The notes beneath the pieces are model-generated. The model did not search any database. It was given only the letters and a program-made list of their open reading frames with translations, and was not told the origin of the DNA. Source: an uncultured Alphaproteobacteria bacterium (lineage in GTDB: Bacteria > Pseudomonadota > Alphaproteobacteria > Rhizobiales > Xanthobacteraceae). From it: 64,000 nucleotides of DNA. How positions within the stretch are numbered: the first letter of the stretch is position 1; every line of letters starts with the position of its first letter. The position numbers were made by a program, and so were the translations under genes. The DNA lies in contig CAVWLX010000016.1 of the NCBI GenBank assembly GCA_963755885.1, positions 8,025-72,024 on the forward strand, given 5' to 3'. Positions 60,305 to 64,000 of this stretch are shown piece after piece.

Positions 60305-61897
60305 ATGGCGGAGCGGGGCTACGATTACATTATTGTCGGCGCGGGTTCCGCGGGCTCGGTGCTGGCGAACCGGCTGTCGGCCAAGCGCGGAGCCAAAGTG
60401 CTGCTCCTCGAAGCGGGCGGCTCTGACAAGTCGTTGTTCGTGCGCATGCCCGCGGGCATCGCGAGACTCGGCACGCCGCGGTTCGGCTGGATGTACGAGA
60501 CAGCGCCACAAAAGGCGATGAACGGCCGGCGCATGTATCAGCCGCGCGGCCGGCTTTTGGGCGGATCGAGCTCCGTCAACGCCATGGTCTATATGCGCGG
60601 CCAGGCGGCGGATTACGACCACTGGCGGCAGCTCGGCAATGCCGGCTGGAGCTACGCCGACGTGCTGCCGTTGTTCAAGAAGGCCGAGCGCAATGAGCGT
60701 CTGCACGACGAATTTCATGGCAGCGCCGGGCCGCTCAACGTCGCCGAGCGGCCCTACACCAATCCGCTGAGCCACGTCTTTGTTGAGGCGGCGCAGCAAG
60801 CCGGGATTCCGCTCAATCCGGATTTCAACGGCGCGGCTCAGCTGGGCTGCGGCCTGTTTCAGGTGACGCAGAAAAACGGCGAACGCTGCAGCGCGGCTAC
60901 GGCCTATCTGCGCCCGGCGGCGGCGCGCAAAAATCTGACCATTGTCACCAAAGCGCAAGCAACGCGCATCCTGATCGAGAACGGGCGCGCCGTCGGCATC
61001 GAATACGTGCGCGGCGGCAAGCTGCAGACGGCTCGCGCCACGCAAGAAGTGGTGCTCGCCGGCGGCTCGATCAACTCGCCGCAATTGTTGCTGCTCACCG
61101 GCATTGGCCCGGCACAGGAGCTTGGGGCGCTCGGCGTGCCGGTCAAGCTCGACCTTCCCGGCGTTGGCAAGAATTTGCAGGATCACCTCACCGTCAACAT
61201 CCTGCAGCGCGCGACGCCCGGCGTCACGCTCGACAGCAAAGGCCGCGGGCTTGGCCCGATCATGCCGACGCTGGAATTCCTGTTCCGGCACACCGGGCCG
61301 GGCACCAGCAACGTTGCCGAGGCGGGCGCGTTTATCGTCAGCGCGCTCGGCGCCGCGACCCCCGACATTCAGTACCACTTCATCCCAGCGCAAATCTTCG
61401 ATCACGCCCGCACCCAACTCGACGGTGACGGCATTACCTTGCACGGCTGCTGTTTGCGCCCGCGAAGCCGCGGCGAAATCCGGTTGGCTTCACGCGACCC
61501 GCTGCAGCCCGCGGTGATCGATCCAAATTATCTTGCCTCGGATTACGATCTGAGAATCCTGATCGACAGCATCCGGCGCGGCCGCGAGATTTTGGCAGCG
61601 CCAGCGTTTAAGCCTTTCCTTCGCGACGAGCGGTTTCCCGGCGCGGCGCAACAATCGGATGCCGAGCTTACCGAATTCATCCGCGCCAGCGCGGAGACCG
61701 AGTACCATCCGGTCGGCACCTGCAAGATGGGCAGCGACCCGACGGCTGTGGTCGACGACAAGTTGCGCGTGTACGGCGTCGGGCGCTTGCGTGTCATCGA
61801 TGCGTCGATCATGCCGACCGTCGTTTCCGGCAATACCAACGCGCCGGTGATCATGATCGCCGAAAAAGGCGCGGAAATGATGCTCGCCGCCGCATGA
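60305..61897 (+). CDS. GMC-family FAD oxidoreductase (choline dehydrogenase-like)
   Basis: '[20 protein letters not shown]', '[14 protein letters not shown]', 'HPVGTCKMG' and 'RVIDASIMP'. Confidence 0.92.
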   Translation: MAERGYDYIIVGAGSAGSVLANRLSAKRGAKVLLLEAGGSDKSLFVRMPAGIARLGTPRFGWMYETAPQKAMNGRRMYQPRGRLLGGSSSVNAMVYMRGQAADYDHWRQLGNAGWSYADVLPLFKKAERNERLHDEFHGSAGPLNVAERPYTNPLSHVFVEAAQQAGIPLNPDFNGAAQLGCGLFQVTQKNGERCSAATAYLRPAAARKNLTIVTKAQATRILIENGRAVGIEYVRGGKLQTARATQEVVLAGGSINSPQLLLLTGIGPAQELGALGVPVKLDLPGVGKNLQDHLTVNILQRATPGVTLDSKGRGLGPIMPTLEFLFRHTGPGTSNVAEAGAFIVSALGAATPDIQYHFIPAQIFDHARTQLDGDGITLHGCCLRPRSRGEIRLASRDPLQPAVIDPNYLASDYDLRILIDSIRRGREILAAPAFKPFLRDERFPGAAQQSDAELTEFIRASAETEYHPVGTCKMGSDPTAVVDDKLRVYGVGRLRVIDASIMPTVVSGNTNAPVIMIAEKGAEMMLAAA

Positions 61898-61990
61898 GGT
61901 CGCACAGGACCCGGCGTTGGTGTCATGCCGATTTAGGCGTTCGCGCTAACACGGCGTGATTGCTAGAGTGAATCCGTAACGCGAGGGACT

Positions 61991-63223
61991 ATGGATCTCA
62001 TTCTTAGAAACGCGCGCCGCATCGGCGCCGAACATGAACTGACCGACATCGGCATCGCCGATGGGCGGATCGCCGCCATCCAACCCGGCCTTGCGGCCGA
62101 CGGCGAAACCATCGATCTCGGCGGCCGGCTGGTGTCTCCTGGTTTCGTCGAGACCCACATTCATCTCGACAAATCCTGCATCCTCGATCGCGTCAAGTCG
62201 GACAAGGGCGACCTCGACGAGGCCATTGCCGAGGCTGCCAAGGCCAAGGCCGCTTTCACGCCGGAGGACGTCCACGCCCGCGCCGTGCGCACGCTGGAGA
62301 AGGCGATCCTGCAAGGCACTGTGCACATGCGCACCCATGTCGAGGTCGATCCGGGTGTCGGCTTGCGCGGGCTCGAAGGTGTGTCGCCGCTGATCAAGGA
62401 ATATGCCTGGGCCATCGATTTGCAGCTCTGCGTGTTCCCGCAGGAAGGCTTGCTTAACAATCCCGGCACCGACGAGCTTCTGGTCGAGAGCCTTGAGCGC
62501 GGCTGCCGCGTCATCGGCGGCGCGCCCTATGTCGACAGCGATCCGCCGGGCCAGATCGATCGCATCTTCGAACTGGCGCGCGACTACGACGTCGACATCG
62601 ACATGCACCTCGATTTCGGCCCGACCGCGGACGGCATGACGCTCGATCACGTCTGCAAGCGTACGGAGGAATTTCAGTATGGCGGCCGCGTCGCCGTCGG
62701 CCATGTCACCAAGGCGACCAGCCTGCCGCCGCCGGCGTTCGAGGCAATGGCGAAGCGGCTCGCCGACGCGGGCGTGGCGCTGACCGTATTGCCTTCAACC
62801 GATCTTTATCTGATGGGCCGCCACCACGAGCACGATTATAATGTCACCCGCGGCGTGGTGCCGGCGCACAAGCTGTTGCACCACGGCGTCAACTGCTCGC
62901 TGTCGAGCAACAACATTCTCAATCCATTCACGCCGTTCGGCGACTGTTCGCAAATGCGCATGGCGAACCTCTATGCCAACATCTGTCAGGTCGGGAAGCA
63001 GGCCGACATGCGCGAGTGCTTCAACATGGTGACGCAGCGGCCCGCTAAGATGATGCGGCTTGACGACTACGGGCTCACTGTTGGCAAATCCGCCGACCTC
63101 GTGGTCCTCAACTCAGTGAGCCCGGAACTGGCAGTCGCCGAACTGACGCCGGTCCTCTACGCCTTCAAGCGCGGCCGCAAGACGGTGTCGCGGCAACGCC
63201 CGACTCTGCATCGCCCGCAATGA
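61991..63223 (+). CDS. cytosine deaminase-like metal-dependent amidohydrolase
   Basis: 'GGRLVSPGFVETHIHLDK' (HxH), 'DIDMHLD', 'VAVGHV' and 'LSSNNILNPFTPFGD'. Confidence 0.8.
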   Translation: MDLILRNARRIGAEHELTDIGIADGRIAAIQPGLAADGETIDLGGRLVSPGFVETHIHLDKSCILDRVKSDKGDLDEAIAEAAKAKAAFTPEDVHARAVRTLEKAILQGTVHMRTHVEVDPGVGLRGLEGVSPLIKEYAWAIDLQLCVFPQEGLLNNPGTDELLVESLERGCRVIGGAPYVDSDPPGQIDRIFELARDYDVDIDMHLDFGPTADGMTLDHVCKRTEEFQYGGRVAVGHVTKATSLPPPAFEAMAKRLADAGVALTVLPSTDLYLMGRHHEHDYNVTRGVVPAHKLLHHGVNCSLSSNNILNPFTPFGDCSQMRMANLYANICQVGKQADMRECFNMVTQRPAKMMRLDDYGLTVGKSADLVVLNSVSPELAVAELTPVLYAFKRGRKTVSRQRPTLHRPQ

Positions 63224-64000
63224 TTGTGAACGATCCCTACAATGCGTTCTGTCGTCACACCCATGTCGCGCTGAACGGAGCGCCGGACGGCCCGCTGCAC
63301 GGCCTGAGCTTCGCCGTCAAAGATGTCTTTGACATCGCCGGCCATCGGACCGGCAACGGCAATCCGGTCTGGCTCGAAACCCACGCGCCGGCGTTGCGAA
63401 CTGCATCCTCGGTCGAGCGGCTGCTCGCGGCCGGTGCGCGGATGGTTGGCAAGACCCACACCGATGAGCTGGCCTACAGCCTCAACGGCGAGAACGTCCA
63501 TTACGGCACGCCGATCAATCCCAAGGCGCCGGGGCGGATACCCGGCGGATCGTCGAGTGGATCGGCTGCGGCGGTTTCCGGCGGTCTTGTGGATTTCGCA
63601 CTCGGCACGGATTGCGGCGGTTCGGTCAGGCTGCCGGCCAGCTATTGCGGCATTTACGGCATACGCACGACGCACGGCCTTATTCCGGCCGACGGCATCA
63701 TCGATCTCGCCGGGAGCTTCGACACCGTCGGCTGGTTTGCGCGCGACCCGCAGACCATGCGGCGTGTCGGCGATGTTTTGTTGCCGGTGTCCGATTTCAA
63801 ACCGAAGCGTTTGTTGATCGCACAAGACGCCTTTGCTTTTGCCGGCTCCGAAGTTACTGACGTGCTCGCCGCCCCGGTATCACGGCTCAAGGCGGCGTTT
63901 ACAGATCATCGCGAGGTGAGTGTCTATACCGGCGATCCGGCGGCATGGCCTAGAATATTCCGCATCCTGCAGGGCAACGAAATCCGCAAGCGGCACGGCG
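63220..64000 (+). CDS. amidase-signature family amidase (3'-partial, runs off the window; absent from the ORF track)
   Basis: ATG 63220 overlaps the upstream TGA (ATGA). It reads 'MIVNDPYNAF...LSFAVKDVFDIAGHRTGNGNP' and 'GRIPGGSSSGSAAAVSGGLVDFALGTDCGGSVRLPASYCG' (GGSSSG signature, Ser-cisSer-Lys family). Confidence 0.85.
   Translation, partial: MIVNDPYNAFCRHTHVALNGAPDGPLHGLSFAVKDVFDIAGHRTGNGNPVWLETHAPALRTASSVERLLAAGARMVGKTHTDELAYSLNGENVHYGTPINPKAPGRIPGGSSSGSAAAVSGGLVDFALGTDCGGSVRLPASYCGIYGIRTTHGLIPADGIIDLAGSFDTVGWFARDPQTMRRVGDVLLPVSDFKPKRLLIAQDAFAFAGSEVTDVLAAPVSRLKAAFTDHREVSVYTGDPAAWPRIFRILQGNEIRKRHG

Overview
This is a high-GC alphaproteobacterial chromosomal segment. Gene content and synteny (hemA; the atpI-B-E-F'-F F0 operon; the coxB-ctaD-ctaB-ctaG-ctaE-DUF983-surf1 aa3 oxidase cluster beside thrC and an M16 peptidase) and the many REP-type palindromes suggest Bradyrhizobiaceae/Nitrobacteraceae. 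That placement is inference; no search was run. Positions 1-5105 are accessory. They hold two small, decayed integrative elements stacked in tandem. Each is closed on its right by the same 50-nt 3' half of a tRNA-Thr(GGU), preceded by a conserved arm with three TGTCGCC direct repeats. Both integrases are frameshifted, but an XRE/ImmA regulator pair, a small basic protein and a DUF3892 protein remain intact. The other ~59 kb is mostly core metabolism and respiration. It includes a signalling-rich stretch at 12.3-26.3 kb: an SSS-domain hybrid kinase (CrbS/MxtR-like), a LuxR-type response regulator, a tandem array of three PF04392-type periplasmic binding proteins with decayed copies at both ends, and a 1689-aa kinase with five near-identical tandem GAF modules. 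Other notable points are an in-frame REP-hairpin insertion inside a His-rich COG0523 GTPase gene, a ~400-nt hairpin-dense ORF-less region at 55.4-55.8 kb, tandem duplications in the hemA promoter and coxB leader, and five periplasmic binding proteins with no ABC permease or ATPase in the window. No CRISPR array, rRNA gene or intact tRNA gene was seen. All functional calls come from motif and family recognition by eye, not from database searches.
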